A stretch of DNA of 64,000 nucleotides from Marsupella aquatica (taxonomy: Eukaryota > Plantae > Marchantiophyta): assembly GCA_973895155.1 (NCBI GenBank), contig OZ316893.1:15592645-15656644 (forward strand), written 5' to 3'. Position numbers and translations under genes: made by a program. The notes beneath the pieces were generated by a model. The model worked only from the letters and a program-made list of their open reading frames with translations, was not told the origin of the DNA and ran no database searches. Below, piece after piece: positions 62,776-64,000 of this stretch; position 1 is the stretch's first letter; every line of letters begins with the position of its first letter.

Positions 62776-63597
62776 CTCCGTAACAATCTGTTTAGATCCT
62801 TTGGTTATGACGGTGACAGTTTAACAAGGGAGAATGGTCCAGGAGCCTTTCTGTTTACCTATACTCAATCTTCGTAATCGCAGGGAAGACGATAAAATGC
62901 AAATCAGTCATTGAGTCATCTTGTGTCCTAGTTCAGCTGCTAACCAACATCCTGCCATTAGCTTATTAACAACCATAGAAGAAAAAACTACCAGATATGA
63001 TTTCTTATGGGGATATAAAGTCCAACCAGAGAGCTCCAATTAGGCCATGCAAGAGAAGATGTTGCAGAGCAAGCTGGACCAGTTTCTTGACTAGAGGAAA
63101 CCTATTTTGCACTGGAAAATGCTTCCCGCGAGAGCTAGTTGGCTTACTCCTTTGACACCGACCAAATAACCCCACAGCAACGATGCATGGTTTGCAATAC
63201 TGAGACTCGAGATATTTTCAGAAAGCATTGTTGTCAATTTCATTGATACAGGAAGACAACCCATCTTCCACTGGTGGATCTCAGAAGGTCTACGATCCGA
63301 TATAGTTGTACAGATTCTTCCTACATTAAACTATTCACAAAAATATGCAATGGGCCTGAAATCATCTCTCCCAGGGTTTTTGGCATATGTTACCTCAAAA
63401 TAATCAAAAAATCAAATCGACAGGGCGACCAGCTAAATGAGTGTCGGAAGGGTTACTTTTACTCCACATAATGCGAGTATAGAGCTCATCTTCAATTGAC
63501 GACACAACTTTGCTGCCGTCCAAAACCAGGTAGCCCTTAAGGGTACTAATTCCCGTAACGTTGACAGCCAAACTGATGCAATGACTTCATGACATCC

Positions 63598-63999
63598 TCA
63601 CGGATGCTCCAGAACCTTTGACTGTCCAAGTAGAGTGTGTAAGCAAATTGCTAGGCACATCGTCATGGCCACCAAAGCCTTCGATGCAGTGGCTTGGGCC
63701 AGCTCCCCTGTCTTATTAATTACACGTAAGACTTTGGCAGTACCTGCACTCCTTTCAGATACAGATCCTTTCTCTGCTTTACCTCGTAGCGTCTGTGATA
63801 CCTTGGAGAGCATTACATCAATCGTCGAGCGAATAGCTTCTGACGTCACCGTGCCAGCAACATCCAACACGAGGGCTCGGTTGCTTGGTACAGCTAAAGT
63901 CCGAGAGAATCCCTCAATCCACCCCTGGGAAATTTCGGAAGACTTTGTAGGAAAGACTACTGGCTTCCCATTAATCTGACGGTAGCTTGAGGACGAAAG
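63598..63999 (-). other. open reading frame fragment running off the right edge, product unknown
   Basis: The frame of track ORF 63598..63870 stays open to the window end (about 134 codons); no recognised domain. Confidence 0.3.
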
Positions 64000-64000
64000 A

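Overview
Repeat-rich land-plant nuclear DNA (spliceosomal introns, plant Ty1/copia and CACTA elements, EDM2-type PHD domain); the lineage cannot be fixed from this window. Two large mobile elements dominate. One is a structurally complete, young Ty1/copia LTR retrotransposon (13693-19352, AACAA TSD) with an interrupted gag-pol. The other is a 17.8 kb CACTA/En-Spm transposon (32527-50372, GTC TSD) carrying a TnpD-like transposase with two nonsense codons, a multi-exon TnpA-like gene, large subterminal tandem arrays, and an intact intronless cargo ORF: an EDM2-like PHD module preceded by a histone-H3-tail-like N-terminus (MARNKQKA). Outside the TEs no conventional long host gene is recognisable. 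Instead there is a family of 26-63 aa small ORFs, mostly missed or mis-started by the supplied ORF track, with consensus MD-P-[NS]-E-x-F-G-Y-x5-P-[PT]-W-L plus a mostly polar/acidic tail. They occur as two paralogous three-sORF cassettes (3434-3916 and 21906-22384, minus strand) and two dispersed copies (30379-30570 and 60071-60223, plus strand). The polycistronic micropeptide family and the TE-borne H3-mimic/PHD protein are the two candidate novel systems. Several MITE-like insertions, tandem repeats and decayed coding remnants fill the rest. All alignments were done by eye; no database search was run.
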